64,000 nucleotides of DNA from Okamejei kenojei (taxonomy: Eukaryota). The number at the start of each line of letters is the position of its first letter. Positions within the stretch are counted from its first letter, which is position 1. The stretch spans positions 24,924,001 through 24,988,000 of the forward strand of contig CM069164.1 of the NCBI GenBank assembly GCA_035221665.1. The letters run 5' to 3'. This document shows positions 23,096-37,379 of the stretch, one piece after another. The notes under the pieces are model-generated. The model ran no database searches. It was given only the letters and a program-made list of their open reading frames with translations, and had not been told where the DNA came from. The translations under genes and the position numbers were made by a program.

Positions 23096-25414
23096 CTGAA
23101 ATGACAAACAAAGAGTAAAATAAAATTAACCTTCGACAGAAGCTAAACATCACTCTTGCTCCTGGTTTTGTGGGAATTCATTTTTAATTGCAACTGTCAT
23201 CCTCTGGCTTTTTCTTTTGTGTGTTGAGCAAGGATGTTGATGCTGTGGAATGGAACATGTTTCTCCAATGGGCAGCAGACCATTCAAAGCAGGCTGTTTA
23301 ACATTGCAATTTGTGATCGAGGCAAAATAAAATCAGATTTTGTTTTTTAATAAATTGTCAGCTACTGGCTTTGAGAGAAAAGTGGAGTTAAAGTTGCAGA
23401 TCAGTAATCTTTCTCCTGAAACCTTAGATCTATTTCTAAGTCCAGGCGAAGGGTTTCAATTCAAACTGTTGAGCATCCCTCCACAGATGCTGCCTGGCTT
23501 ACTGAGTTCCTCCGAAAGTTTGCTTTTTGCTTTCTGTTTTGGTTCCGAAGACTCTGACTTGGAAACATTAAATGTCTTTTCTTTTCATACATGCCTGACT
23601 AGCTGAGTTCTTCCAACATTTGCTATTTTTTCACGTGAGAATGCTATGAATGCTGCCATAGTTTGCATGCTACAAAAGAGGTATTTTGCAATTTGAAAGG
23701 TATCCTAATTAATAGCACCATCATTGACTAGAGGGACAAAGACAGAGGGCATCGGTCAGATTCTGCTCAACAGATCAGTGCCCTACTCCAACACAGTTAC
23801 TTCACTCTGCCCAAGGTGAGTTACATAACATAGGAAACTTGCCAACTCTGTTTAAAGTAGTGGAACCATATGAAATTATGTCGCGGCAAGGAAACAAATT
23901 AATGCCCATCCACTGCAAATGCCAGTCTTAGCCCAGATGCATTAGTAGTTACTCTTCAAGTAGTGTTCATTGTTTCCCAAAAATATAGTTTGGGGTCCTT
24001 CATTTAAAAAAATGCATATGAAATAGTTATGCATTGTTAAGCTACCTAATAATTTAGATGAATTTGTAATACATCTCGCCACTCATCTAAGGACAGAGCC
24101 TGTCTTTAACCAGGATCATATAGCAAATAACAGTCAATTAGTAGAGTGAATTTTTGTAATGTAGAATGACATACGTGTCTGGTGTGCAGCTTTTTTGGTT
24201 TCCCCGAAACAAAAGCTTCAAAAACGCAGATTATCTTTCAAAAGTCTAGCATTCCTCATACTTTGTGTCAATAATCTGCAGGCATTCAGGACTGTGGGAG
24301 AGTTTTTCAGGACACCTGACCCTTTGCATAATGTAACTTTTCCTTTCGGCAGCCCATATTTTGTTTCCCTGACTCGAGGATCCCAAATTAATATCGCTCA
24401 AACCTAAAAGGACAATGCTCCTTACTGTCTGGGCCTGTTATTTATTACATTTTTGTTTGACGTGATAAAAAGTTACTTATTTAAACATGGGGCAGATCTA
24501 ACTTGGCGACTGCTTTCATACACGGTGTGCTTCCATCTGAATTACTGGAGATATCTTAATATTTGATCATTAATAAAGCATGAATTTTTTAACCTGATAT
24601 TTGCACTGGTGTATTTTTGGAATTTCTGACCTAGATTCCTGAACTCTAGAACATGATAATTTTTTTACAATAAAACCAACAGGAACACAAATGCATAACT
24701 CAACAAAACATTCTCGCAGGCTGTGACCTCTTCATAAATTAAAGAATAGCTATAGAGTAATGAACTGCCTGCAATACTGAATAATCAGCTATCTTTAAAA
24801 GTTGTTTGCAGCTACTAGTATAGTTTAACCCTTGCACACAAAGCTAGCTTGCTGCAAGGTGCACATTGGAGCTAACTTAAAACTACAAGCAAACTCAAAA
24901 GTATTTGAAAAAAAGCAGACTTCATAAAGTTGCAAAGGAAATATATACAATGGTCCTTGTCAATGTTTTCAGAAAGCAGGAGGGAATTATTCATCAAACA
25001 TGATCTCGCATGAAAATGCTTCCTGTTGGCAAATGTAATAGCCGAGAGAAGGGACACAACTTAATGTGGACAGTATTTTCCCATCGGTCTGTTCCACACT
25101 TATTCTCAACCGTTCTAACCTTTATAAAGAAAGGATTTTGCAGTGAATGTACTGTGGGATATGGGTTTAAGCTGTAGCGTGCAATGTTAAACCTTTTCTG
25201 CACATGAAATTCCACCTGAGATCTCCTTAAACTATTAACTTGTCCAAACGTCCTGAAATAATCTACAATCTTAAAAAAAAATCATTTTTCTAGCATGTTC
25301 AAATGACAATTCATGTCCCAAATTTGCAAGACCACATCCCATTCATATACAGTAAGTGTTTGCTCCAACCCTGATATCCAATGAATTGCCCTCCTATTCA
25401 ACTATGGAAATGAA

Positions 25415-25655
25415 TTCACCGCCCTCTGGAGATAAAGAGGAATTTCTTTAGCCATTCTAAAGCTACATCCCTTTATTCTGAGGTTGTGTTCTCTGTCGCA
25501 GATTTACCCACTACTGGAAACATGCTCTCCACATCCCTTCTATCTAGGCCTGTCATTATTTGGTAAGTTTCAATAGGCCCAGAGCCTTCAAATGCTCCTC
25601 ACACATTAACCCTGGGATTATTCTCGTAAACCTCCTCTGGACCCTCCCCAATGCC
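25415..25655 (-). mobile_element. CR1 fragment
   Basis: Reversed catccctttattctgagg...ccactactggaaacat...tttcaat, matching the CR1 ORF2 C-terminal region. Confidence 0.7.
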
Positions 25656-26232
25656 AGCAGTTATTAAACTGGCAATTCCATGAATGAAACACCATATGAC
25701 TAGATTTTTCTGTGTAAAAAATGTGTGTATTTTGATTAAAAATACTATTTTACTTATATTAGGAAATATTTCACCAATTTCAGTTCTGTGGATTGGCGAT
25801 ACAATTGCTGAAATGAGTGAGATATATATAAAATAATCTTTCACATAAGGAAAGTGTAATAAATGCAAGTAAAATAGTATAGAGTAAATAACCAATTCAT
25901 TGCCTTCCATTGAATGCTAATATTTCCATTCTATTTTTACAAACTGTATCTTTGCTTCAAATATCATTTTCAGATTGGCTTCAAAACTAAAGTACTGTGG
26001 TTACATTGACATTAAACAGACATACTCCAGGATTATGCTCTGAATTTCATGTCCAAGCTACTCCTTCAATAAACTCAGATAGCATTACTTCTTGTGGTTG
26101 CTCTAATTGTTGGCTATAAACAGAGTTTTGATTTTGTTATTTTGATGCTATGGAAAATGTGAAACAAAATATTCCTAAGTATAATGAACATATAATCAAA
26201 TCATTTAGGTCTTACTCTTTTGGAAAACTTAC

Positions 26233-26434
26233 AGGCAGACATCAACCAGTTGATCAAGTTCTGGACAGCTGCATTCGTACATATCCCGGCAGCTGAGATG
26301 GCTCTGATTCATCAGGTCCCCCAGCAGTTGCAATGCATTGGCAGGTGTCTCATCACAAACTCTCTTGAATTCGACAACACGTCGGGCTTCACTGTAAACA
26401 TGCTTCGCACGCTGATAAAGTTTAAATGATGGCA
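26233..26434 (-). CDS. GALK2: GALK2 coding exon (202 nt, phase 1/2): (V)[66 protein letters not shown](L)
   Basis: ORF 26229..26456. [14 protein letters not shown] and [23 protein letters not shown] are near-identical to GALK2. CAG acceptor, GTAAGT donor. Confidence 0.97.
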
Positions 26435-28659
26435 CTGAGTAAAAAAGACAGTACACTTATCAATGCAAAATATATTCAATTAACATGTTCAATAAATCAT
26501 AGTTAAATGTAAATACAACTGATATTAACAATGCAGCTCAAATCGCCACTGGAGCTGAAATGATGGCCAAATATATTATTGCAATTTAAATGATGATTTT
26601 GGTTGGCAATGTTCTCTTCCAGTTATGCATCGTTATTTCAAAGGAAAATTCATTGAAATGTGTTGCATCTTTATGATCATCTTCCCCTTCTGAAACAAAT
26701 TCCAGCAGTCAAAACTCCGTTGGTAACTACGTGGATTTACAGTTTTAATGCAGAGAGAAGAAGCCTCCACTTAAAAGAAATGACAACTTTAATATTTCTT
26801 GAAAGTTCACAATTTGAACTACATCGTTTCCGATTTATAAGGTTGAAGCTGACCTAGAACATTCAAATCTCTCAATATAATATAACAATGAAATACAGAT
26901 GAGAATATATTCAGTCACAAGTGATCAGTGTATTACAATGAAACAAGAATGGTTTCTGGTTAGACTGCAAGTTAACGCTGTGAACTATTTAATTTGTATG
27001 ATAATGATAAGTTTGATTCTAAGCAATACCCAGAACAACATTTGCTACTGTCAATACTTGTATCTCACTGGAAGAGATTAAATAAATAACACCATGTATA
27101 GGCCAACGTGCTTACATTGAAAATGAAAGATCTACAATTATGCATACAAGTTTATTTAGATTATGGAAAAGGATGAGTGAAAGACTGGTCTGCACATAGA
27201 CCCGGTGGGCAGTAATTCAAGATGTGATGAATTTCATGTTAAATGGAAGATGCATTTGAAGACAGAAATCCTGAAACAGCAAAGTACTGTATCTTAGCAG
27301 GACCAGCAATGTGGGATCCACACATTATAAAACTCTGCTACTGATCTCATCAATATACTTCATCAAGGATGGGCTGATTCATTTAACTAGTTCAGAAGAT
27401 ATTTACCTGCCACTCGGGGTAAGTACGCAAATTACTGAAGACATCAACAACTAAGACATCTAATTGCTCCAGAGAATGCTGGACATACACAATACAATTG
27501 GAAACATAAATGACTATGGTGATTATTATGCAAGAGGCTATCACCTATCTCAAGGGACCTGTTTCTTAAAATGTACAGAAATGACTCAGATTAAGATCAG
27601 GTGACAGGTGGGATGACTATAATGCAAACATATACCACAAAACAATAATGATCCCAAATACTTATTTAGGCTTTATTATAGATATACAGTATATATAGAC
27701 ATGAATAATATAGAACGAATGGATCCTCCAAGATCTAGTGAAAACAAGAACTACAGATTTAACGACTAGCAATCTTAAAATGCACGGGGCACAGTCTGGT
27801 CATTGCTGCAAAATCCTCCCCATCAACAACTCAAAATTGTCAAAATGGGAAATGCGGTCATGCGGAATAGTCAACAATAGCCTGACAGTTAGTTAACATT
27901 TCAGGTGAACCCAAAACTGTTTCAACCCGAAACATCGCCTGTCCAGTCCCTCCACAGATGCTGCCTGACGCTGCGAGTTCCTCCGGCACTTTGCTTTGGC
28001 TCAATATTCCAGCATCTGCAGTCTCATGTCTGCTGCCTGACAGTCAGGGGAATCAAGACCTGGAGCAGTAGTTGAAGCAGATGCAATAACAACATTTAAA
28101 ATGACATTTAAAATTCATTTGGCCAGGTACATGAATAGGAAAGGTTCAGAGGGACATGGTCAAGCATGGACAAATGAGACTGGCTTAGATGGGGCATCTT
28201 CATTGGCATGGACAAGCTGGGCCAAAGGGCCCTACTTATGTGCTGTAATACTCTATGACACTATGGTAACTTTGAGTATATCATATTTCACTGATATGGC
28301 AGAACCCCAAAGGTAGGAGCACAGAGCTATCCAGGAGGAGGCTAGTGTCTCTAGAAGCTTCCAAAATTAACTCCAGACTCCACAAAGTCTCATAGATCCA
28401 GACTAAACACAGAGAAGGAAATGATCTAATGATTCACAATTCTTCCAAACCATATACTGGTATTCCTTAAAATTCTTTTCACAGAAAGCAGAAAAATAAA
28501 TCATCATGGTTGATTTAAATGACAAAATGTCTCAAAATCCGCTGCATGTAACTTGGGAAAACCTTGCATCTGAAATTAGTTATTTTCAAAACACAAACAG
28601 ATTAAATGCCTGGTGATGTAAATATACACAAAGAAAATAAAATTCTTGGCTATGATCTT

Positions 28660-28780
28660 TCGCAACCTCAGGACATTCCATAGCTCTTTAAAGATAATTA
28701 AGCACTTTTAAAGCACAATGGTATTGCAGCAAATGTGGCAGCTAATTTGCACACAGAAAACTTACACAAACAGAAGTGGG
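28660..28780 (-). mobile_element. Ancient DeuSINE-domain-like remnant (similar piece at ~5295-5395)
   Basis: acctcaggacat.cca.ag..cttta...agcactttt.aag...gtggcagctaatttgcacacag resembles the reversed Deu domain as I recall it. Confidence 0.5.
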
Positions 28781-28877
28781 ATAATAACTTTGGAGAGTGC
28801 TTCGACTGTCATTGATCAAAGGTAGCGGGGGAAGAAAGGGAGGCGGACTATGGATATAGGGAGTAAACGAAAAAGAG

Positions 28878-29038
28878 AGAGACAGACACAGAGACAGACA
28901 CAGAGACAGACACAGAGACAGACACAGAGACAGACACAGAGACAGACACAGAGACAGACACAGAGACAGACACAGAGACAGACACAGAGACAGACACAGA
29001 GACAGACACAGAGACAGACACAGAGACAGACACAGAGA
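28878..29038. repeat. Perfect 12-bp tandem repeat (GAGACAGACACA)n, about 13 copies
   Basis: Directly visible; explains the SVSV/SLCL/RQTQ ORFs. Confidence 0.97.
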
Positions 29039-30156
29039 GGTTATCAAGTCTAGAAGGCCACACCTATCACCGTCTGGAGAGATACCACACCTACCCAGTC
29101 TTCAGATTTTCCATGGGTTCTCTAATAGTCTGAAAGGCTGACCGAGAATTTTTATCAATAGTTTTGTGTCTAGATTGCTGCTTCTGTGGAGGTTAAGGTA
29201 ACTTTGACTCCCAATTTCCTTGTTGCGAGATCTTTCAATCTATTGATGGCAGTTTTCAATGCACTGACAGAGCCTCCAATGATAAAATCTCTCCTTATTT
29301 CAATCTTAAGTGGTCTAACCCTTACTTTGAGACAATGATTCCCTATTTTAGATTCCTCAACCAGGTGTACATCCTTCCCAGGAGTGTGCAAGAAGTGCAG
29401 ATCCACGTGCGCACACCTGTGAGTGTGAGAGAGAACATGGCAGCATGAAGGATTGATACATGTATGGCTGTTGAGCTCATATTCACATATGTGGTCAGAT
29501 CATGAAACCTTGTTTCATGGGTTCTCAGTGCAGGCAATGACTCTGTTAGACATCTCCTACCATGTCTTGCTATTTGACACACTTCAAGGTCTCTCAGCCC
29601 TTCTTGTGCACAAGATCTCTCTCCTGGATCTCAATCTCTGCCTTAATGTCCAGATGGGTGAAGGAGGTGCATACTCCACCTGCACCATTGCGCTCTCTCT
29701 CCTCCACTCTCACCATCATTATCTACTGCTGTGTGGATGCCAAGAGAAATCTACCCTTAAAGGCTTATGTCCTCCCCAGTAATGTAGCACCACTGATGCT
29801 AAATCGGATGAGGCTCCTTCAGGAATAGCAAATTCTGGATATTTTGGTACAAACTATGCCAATTTCGCGCACAGTTTTCAGGGGAAAATTGCAGGAAATG
29901 GAGGGCGGTTGCGGGGGAGAAGAGGCCCATGCATTAGGGTGGTTTCCAATTCTGGCATCTGCTTTTGAAATATCTCATGGAACAATAGAAATGAGGAGCA
30001 GGATTAGGCTATTTGTTTCTTTGAGCCCATTCTACTATGACTGATCATTCAGTTTTGTTAACACTGTGATCTCAGGCACAAATGTTATTAAACCTTTTAG
30101 TTGCTCATTTATATCTGGAAAACCCTGTGTTTAGCAGGGAAGAATGGGAATACTAT

Positions 30157-30446
30157 AGCCCCTGTCCCACAATGCGAGTTTACCCAAGAGCTCTCACGAG
30201 TTCAAACTCGTGGTACTTCATCACGAGTATTTTTTTTACTCTTGGAAGTTTTTCACACTGTTGAAAAAATTTCACGAGTTTCCAGGTTTCCCGAGTACCT
30301 GCCGTTAGTATTACGAGCCGCTACGCGACATCGACAAGCTCAAACGTACCCGCTACGTACATTCTGCGTACTTACCATGAGTTAGATTTTTTTTTTTTTT
30401 AACTCGGGAGAGCTCTTGGGTAAACCCGCAACGTGGGACAGTGCCT
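30157..30446. mobile_element. PIF/Harbinger-like MITE (different internal sequence)
   Basis: About 46-bp imperfect TIRs AG.c.CTGTCCCAC...GTTTACCCAAGAGCTCTC.CGAGTT; flanks TAT / TAA. Confidence 0.8.
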
Positions 30447-30459
30447 TAACTGAGAACAA

Positions 30460-31042
30460 TGGAGGCACAAGAAACTGCAGATGATGGAATCTTGAGTAAA
30501 AAATAAACTGCTAGAAGAACTCAGCGGGTCAGGCAGCATCTGTGGAGGGAATGGACAGCTGGCGTTTGGGGTCAGTAACCTTCTTCAGACTAATTAAGTT
30601 GTGGGGGAGAAAACTGAAAAAGGGAGCAGGGAAAAGGCAAATACGATACATCGATACGGTGAGGGAGGTATGATTGGCAGAAGGATGGAGATAGTGACAA
30701 AGACCGAAAGGAAACAAATAGGTGTAAGGTAAGGAACGAGGAGGAGGAGTGAAATGTAAAGCCAAAGGGTGGGATATGGGTGAAACTGGACAGGATGGAG
30801 GGGAAAGAGGAGGATAACAAGAAAATATGGAATTCGGGGAAGGGAGATGAGCGCACAGTGGAGAAATGAGCTTGGTAACTTTGGTAGATACAAAATGCTG
30901 GAGTAACTCAACGGGACAGGCAGCATTTCCAGAGAAGGAATGGCTGACGTTTCGGGTCCAGACCCTCCTTCAGACCGAGTTACTCCAGCATTTTGTATCT
31001 ACCTTCAATTTAAACCAGCATCTGCAGTTCTTACTGACACAT
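30460..31042 (-). mobile_element. Penelope 3' region with a nested short hairpin copy (30888-31042)
   Basis: Terminal motif followed by a purine-rich tract. The nested copy is flanked by the 16-bp direct repeat TTGGTAACTTTGGTAG (30872-30887, 31043-31058). Confidence 0.75.
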
Positions 31043-33504
31043 TTGGTAACTTTGGTAGTGGGAGCTGATGGGAGTACAAATCATTTGCAGTACGTAACTT
31101 TGTATTCTTACCATAAAGCCTGTAATGTGTGTTAAGTTTACCATATGTCCAAGTGCTCCATATAATGAAGATACATATGCTGTATATCAGATTGTGAAGC
31201 AGTGGCTCTGGCAGGCCAAAGAGACAGCAATGAGTTGAAGTTGTACGTGATCATAACCAATATTGCATGCAAATATTATGACTGATAAATAACGAGACAG
31301 AAAATTGCTTTTCTAATTAGTTTTGTCACAGTCTGTTCTTCTGGACACTGGATTACATACTGTAAAACATAAGCTTTCCAAAGAAAAATTAACAGCTGTT
31401 TCAATTTACTCCCAAATTACTTTCTCTTCTGGGAATATATGTGTACCCAAAAGCCAATAACTAAACCTTAATCGTTTAATTTGGCATTTACAAATAGACT
31501 TCCCAAAAGTCCTTAAACTGACCAAAGATGATATTATTAAGAATAGTGGATTTATGAAAGCAGTAATTCTTCAACTTTTCTGAAAATGACTGCAAATTAG
31601 TTAGCAGAACAGCAAACTAAATGTCGGGGGGTTCAACCTGAATCCTGCAGGATATACTTACCCCTAGATGCTGTCTCTATAAAAATATTTCTCAATAGCA
31701 AGGCAGTCACGAGGAGAGCTGATTTCACAGTGCACACTCATTCAAGGCATAACTGAGTTGCGTGAGAAATTTCCATATCTCACATACCCTTGTAAATCAC
31801 AATTGAACAGTAGTAACCCAAAGAATGAAGAAAGCCATGGCTGGTTTTAATTTTAATGCTGCATCCTTGCCAATGGCTGGGACTGATTCAGAGACTATCC
31901 TTTGGTAATGCAGGCTTTATAAGCCAGATCACCTTAAAATACTTTATGATTTTGGTGCTCTCGTCACGTTATGCATTACGAGCCAGGGTGGTGTTCCAAC
32001 TGCTGGCCACATATCAAAAATTACTCAGGAGGTCATGAAAGCTGTTTAGCGTGATTAGTCTGAGCAATTCTGGGGTAAACAACACACATCAACTGTACAC
32101 CACATTTCTCTTTAAACATTATTGAAATTAACATTGTAAATGCTGCTAGATAGAAGTGGGAAAACTAAAAATCAAATAAATGCCTTTAAAGTATTTAGAG
32201 AATTACAGCATTCAGAATTTGCTAGTTTTCTCAAAGCCGCCTGAACATTAACAAGTTGTATTTTTTAAAGACAGATTTACTGTCAGGTCACAATAACCCG
32301 AGAAAGGGAGTTGATGGTCAAAATGCCGCACTGTAACTGACATTGAAGTGAGACATCCGTGTCATCGAGTCCTAGAATGTAGGTCCACATGTCTGGTTCC
32401 CCCACTCCCCCCACACCTCACCCCCAGAAACTCCAGTTCTCAGTCAGGTTGCCTGGGGGAGGTGCTACATTGAAAAATATCATCTCCAAAAAACGAGAAG
32501 TAAGAATGGCAGGCATGCCAACCTGGGTCACAAAGTCCAAAAGACTACTAATGTACAACACGTGCATGGCCCAGGGGATAGTTTGTCTGTCAAATTTCTG
32601 GAAAGAGCGTAGTGTGTGGCAAGAGGAAAATTGACATGTATTTAAGTCAGGGAAATAATTAAAAGTAACGGCAAAGAAACTTCTTATTTACAGAAAAAAA
32701 GTGAAACTTTCAGGATGACCAGTGTTAATCTTTACTGGAACGCCTATACACTTCTATAGTTAAATGTAATTTTACAGCCAGGGGCTTCCTGGCTCAAATG
32801 CACTACCGAAGTACCTCTCTCTCTCACAAACACACGGGAATTGTGTTACAAAGTGTAACCACACTGCAATCTACTGAGCTGCTAAATGAGTATTACCATC
32901 TGGTTTAAAGTGAATACTAGTTTTGCTTAAAAGGAACGGTCCAATCCAAACAAAATACACACTTTTTGCTGGGCCTAGTTTTAGAATTAAACTCCTCTTG
33001 CCATGTTGCTGTTCTCTTCAAGTGAGCAACTTTGCACACTAACTAATGCTCCTTTTATGTTTGCTGTCTTTCCAAAATATTCCACCAAATCAGTGAAATA
33101 GACTCAGCCTTTTACACAACAGAGTATAAATAATTTGAAAAAAAAGTCCACATTATTTTTAAATGGTCAAACATTAAAAAAAACATTTTGGAAAGATTAA
33201 AATATCAATTCTTAAAATGCATTAAAGAAAATGAAATTAAAGAGTAACAGTGGATTTGTTTTACAACGCGAGACTGCAGCAGACAAAATACAACTTATGA
33301 CTGACTTATAATAGTTACCAAATTAGACTAAATGCTCTTTAAGAAAATGTTTTGTACATATTTGAGCACGACGTGAGAAAGCACAATTTCTCCAAGCAGC
33401 CCACTAATAAGCATAACTAATCAAGGCCTTTAGAGGATTTGTTGAAATTATATTCTATGCAATTTTACTGCGGCAGATAGACCAACAAATCCCAAATATT
33501 AAGC

Positions 33505-33850
33505 AAAGCACAAAGTGATGGTGGAACTGGGTCAGGCAGCATCAGTGGAGGGAATGGACTGGCAACGTTTCGGATCAGGACCCCTCTTCAGTTCGCCGAT
33601 TACCTCCATAGCCAATGCCTGACCCGCTAAGTTCCACCAGCAGATAGACACAGGAGTAACTCAGCGGGACAGGCAGTATTTCTGGAGAGAAGGAATGGAT
33701 GATGTGTCAGGTTGAGAGAGTGATCTAGGCACAAAACGTCACCCATTCCTTCTGCCCCGCTGAGTTACTGCAGCATTTTGTGTCTATCTTTGGTTTAAAT
33801 CAGCATCTGCAATTCCTTCACAAGTTACTACACAAGTTCCTCCAGCCCAT
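33505..33850. mobile_element. Penelope-derived short elements, nested inverted pairs
   Basis: Repeated ggcagcatc / gagtaactcagcggg / gagttact motifs in both orientations. Confidence 0.7.
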
Positions 33851-34199
33851 TTCTTTTTTTACTCAATGATGAAGAATTGGTGTGTGAGGTCTAAAATGCA
33901 ATTCATTATAACGTGGACAATTGTGCTAAGTAATTCAGGAGATTAGGGATGAAATTCTTTAAACTAGTTACCAGAGGCAGCAGAAACCGGAGAGAGTTTC
34001 CATGCTTCCAAGGTAAGAACCAAAAAGAGCGGCAGGAGTCTTCCATTATTTGAATCTGACAATTTATTGCAGTTAAGCTAACTTATACCCACTAGACTGG
34101 GAAAAACCTGGGAAATTGCCTGCAGTAGGAACTTAGTGGGAACCGCATGCCATAATGTGATCTGTTCTAAATATCCATGAAAGAGCGATCTTCATTACT

Positions 34200-34460
34200 T
34201 ACCTGGTCCACCCTCCCCCTCCACCAATCTTCTCTCCCCTGCTGACTCACCTGCCAGTCTATCCTTTATTACCTGGACCCACCTATCACTTGCCAACTCC
34301 TGCCTCATCCCTTCCCTTAGCCTCTTTCTAACAGCTATCGCTCCTGTACTCCATCAGTCTGAAGAAGGGTCCGGACCCGAAACATCTGTCCATTTCCCTC
34401 CACAGATTCAGATTGATATGCGGAGTCCCTCCAGCAGTTTTGAACATCTGCAATCTCTTG
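34200..34460 (+). mobile_element. Penelope 3' fragment with hammerhead-like core
   Basis: Pyrimidine-rich tract, then ctgaagaagggtccggacccgaaacatc at ~34359. Confidence 0.7.
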
Positions 34461-35252
34461 CATCGATGTTCTCATTCCTAGTTGATTGTGGGCTAGTGGA
34501 CCTTACAATTAACTGCAGAACTCCTGGGCTTGGATATTGCTTGGGGAATAGTTGGGGGGGGGGGGAGAACAAAATCAGCTTCCAATTGTTTCCAGTGTGT
34601 CTATTGGAGGGTGTGAACATGTGGCCTTCAGGCAACACTGACAACATTTGGCTGTGGCACTCATTCAACAGCCCGCTGGCAATTTATATTCAGAGATGAA
34701 GAATGGGCGCTTGATAATGGAGAACAGATATCACCTGGCAGTCAGCAGCAATTACCAAGTATGGAACGGACGACATTTGACACACGGGCCTCTTCGGCAC
34801 TATACCTTCACTTAGACGTTGGCTAATCTTGTCTCCCCTTAAAAACCAAGTTCAGCCCAGAAGTCACAGTCTGCAACTTATAACCTAATTCTTATTTGTA
34901 ATCATCCTTGTCAATTGTATCCATATCAATTTTAATAATAAAATTGTTTTGAAATAATTTTTGATCATTGCCTTTAAATAAAAACTCACCATCAAATACT
35001 AGGTGTAGACTTTGCATATCTACTATACCATGAACGGTGAGAGATAGCTCTGCTCTTATGCCTTGCATAAAGATTACTTGCATTGATTTAATACGGAACT
35101 AACACTCTAAAATTAAGTAGCTTACATTATTTATTATACCATTTCAAGATCTTTTTTAATCTCTTTTTCTCAATATATTTTTAAAAGGTATAACTTTGAT
35201 TCAAACAGTGAGTGTTTGGTACTTTATGGGATTACAACAAAAATATGGAAAA

Positions 35253-35515
35253 GCTCCAGAGACCCAGACTATTGGTGCTGCCTGTGTGGAGTTTGTACGT
35301 TCTCCCTGGGACCGTGTGGGTTTTCTCCGGGTGCTACGGTTTCCTCTGCACTCCAGACATGTGGGTTTGTAGGTTAATTGGCTTCTGTAAATTGCCCCTA
35401 GTGTGTAGAATCTGAATGTGGGATACCAGAGTACGAGTGCACTGATGGTGAATGGTTGGCATGTCTCGGTGGGCAGAAGGGCCCATTTACACGCTGTATC
35501 TCCAAACTAAACTAA
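35253..35515 (+). mobile_element. V-SINE/HE1-like SINE
   Basis: Same consensus; tail ctgtatctccaaactaaaactaa. Confidence 0.85.
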
Positions 35516-36527
35516 GCTATGAATGAATAAAACTATTAAATACAACTGCAAATACAAACAATAATTGAAATTCTGCTTAAGGACTGATTCCTTATTTCAG
35601 TAAAAGCATACAGTTTATCTTCTTCATAACCCAGAATGGGTGGATGACTCTTTAAAAAAAAAGACAACTGCCTGGAAGAATTTTAAAACAGAGACAGATA
35701 AATTCTTGACTAGTATGGATGTCAAGGGTTATGGGGAGAAGGCAGGAGAATGAGGTTAAGAGGGAGAGATATATCAGCTACGATTGAACGGCAGAGTAGA
35801 CTTGATGGACCGAATGGCCTAATTCTGTTCCTATCACATGATAATGAGTGCTCTTCTGCAGGAGCGTCTCAGTCCTACTTCCCGCAGAATGCAACAGGTG
35901 TTAACTTGCCTTCACCCAAAGCAAAGAACCCTTGACATTAACACTAAGACCAACATCCTTTCAGCTCGGTTGGTCAGCTAGTTGTCTTTTTTTTTAAAAT
36001 AAAAGAGTCATTCTCCCATTATGGTTATAAAGAAGATACTTCATTTCGTTCCCACTTAAACCATTACTATAAAAGATATCAGGAAAATTTGTACAAAACA
36101 CACAATTCTCAGCAATTGACTCCATTACGGGCAGATTTACAATCAATTCATTGTATGGCCCACCACTGCCTGAGACTGTTTTAGCTGTAAATGATTATCA
36201 CTTATATCAGCAAAATAGTTTTACTTATTATATATTGGTATTAGTCATTACCTACATATTATTAAATCAATTTTCAAAAATAGAAAGTTATTTTCTAGAA
36301 ACTACCGGCTACTTTTGATCAGGATTTAGCTTAGGAAAATACCTTTAAGTTATGTTTCATAGCATCAACAAGGTTCCTTTCAAATAAATAATGATTAAAA
36401 TGGTAGGACTGCTGCATCAGCAATCAATATGATAGGGCATTATACAAAGAAAAATAGATCTCCAAGCATACAGACCAACATTTTTAATGAACTAATGCCA
36501 AACAACAATATCAATGAATCATTTAAT

Positions 36528-36840
36528 CTTAGTTTAGTTTAAGAACACAGCATGGAAACATGCCCCTCAGCCCTCCGAGTTCTAGCCGACCAGTGATCGC
36601 CCAGACACCAGTTCCAAGCTAAACCATTTTTGCATCCTACACACTAGGGACAATTCACAGAAGGCAATTAACCTGAAAACCGGCACGTCTTTGGAATGTG
36701 GAAGGAACCCGGAGAAAACCCACACAGTCACTGGGAGAACGTACAAATTCACCCAGACAGCACCCGAGGTCAGGATGGAATGCAGGTCTCTGGCGCAGTG
36801 AGGCAGTGACTCTACCATGTACACCGCTGCTCTGCCCACA
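36528..36840 (-). mobile_element. V-SINE/HE1-like SINE
   Basis: Reverse-complement consensus match. Confidence 0.85.
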
Positions 36841-37379
36841 CATCGGTAGTATAGGTAGTACTACCATGGTATGGTTGTGATATCTGCTTGCATAAAAATG
36901 TTAAAGCATTTCAAAAACTTAAGTCAGATATTGTACAATGTTTCAGTAACATTGTGGGATGAGATTTTAAATTGATGAAACAAGTCTGCAACAATCTCCT
37001 AAATGAATGCCGCCTGGTGGTGTTTACCTGCATTACATCTGAATGATTTAATTGAATTAATTTAATTGAATGATCGACATTTGAATGAAGAAACAAGAAC
37101 TTGCAGAAGTTGGGATCTTGAGCAAAAACCAAAGTACAGAAGAAACTTAGCGGAATAGGTGTGGAGGGAATGGACAGATGACATTTCAGGTAAGGACCTT
37201 TCTTCAGACTGTAGTAACCCTTCTTCACACAAGAGTCATTTAAAGGCCAGCTGGTCAGAATTCAGGACCAACATTTTCCTGTGAAGAAGGTGTGGATGGC
37301 AAAGTTCAGGAACATTGGATGATGAGAGACGTTGAAGTCTAAATCAGAGAAAATGAAGTATATGGAGATTATGGAAGCT

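Noticed and set aside
28742-29063. Repetitive ORFs (SLCL, SVSV, RQTQ)
   Set aside because: Translations of the 12-bp tandem repeat. The units are contiguous with no spacers, so it is not CRISPR-like either.
32445-32525. Short inverted ends CAGGTTGCC...GCCAACCTG
   Set aside because: Too short and imperfect, with no convincing TSD.
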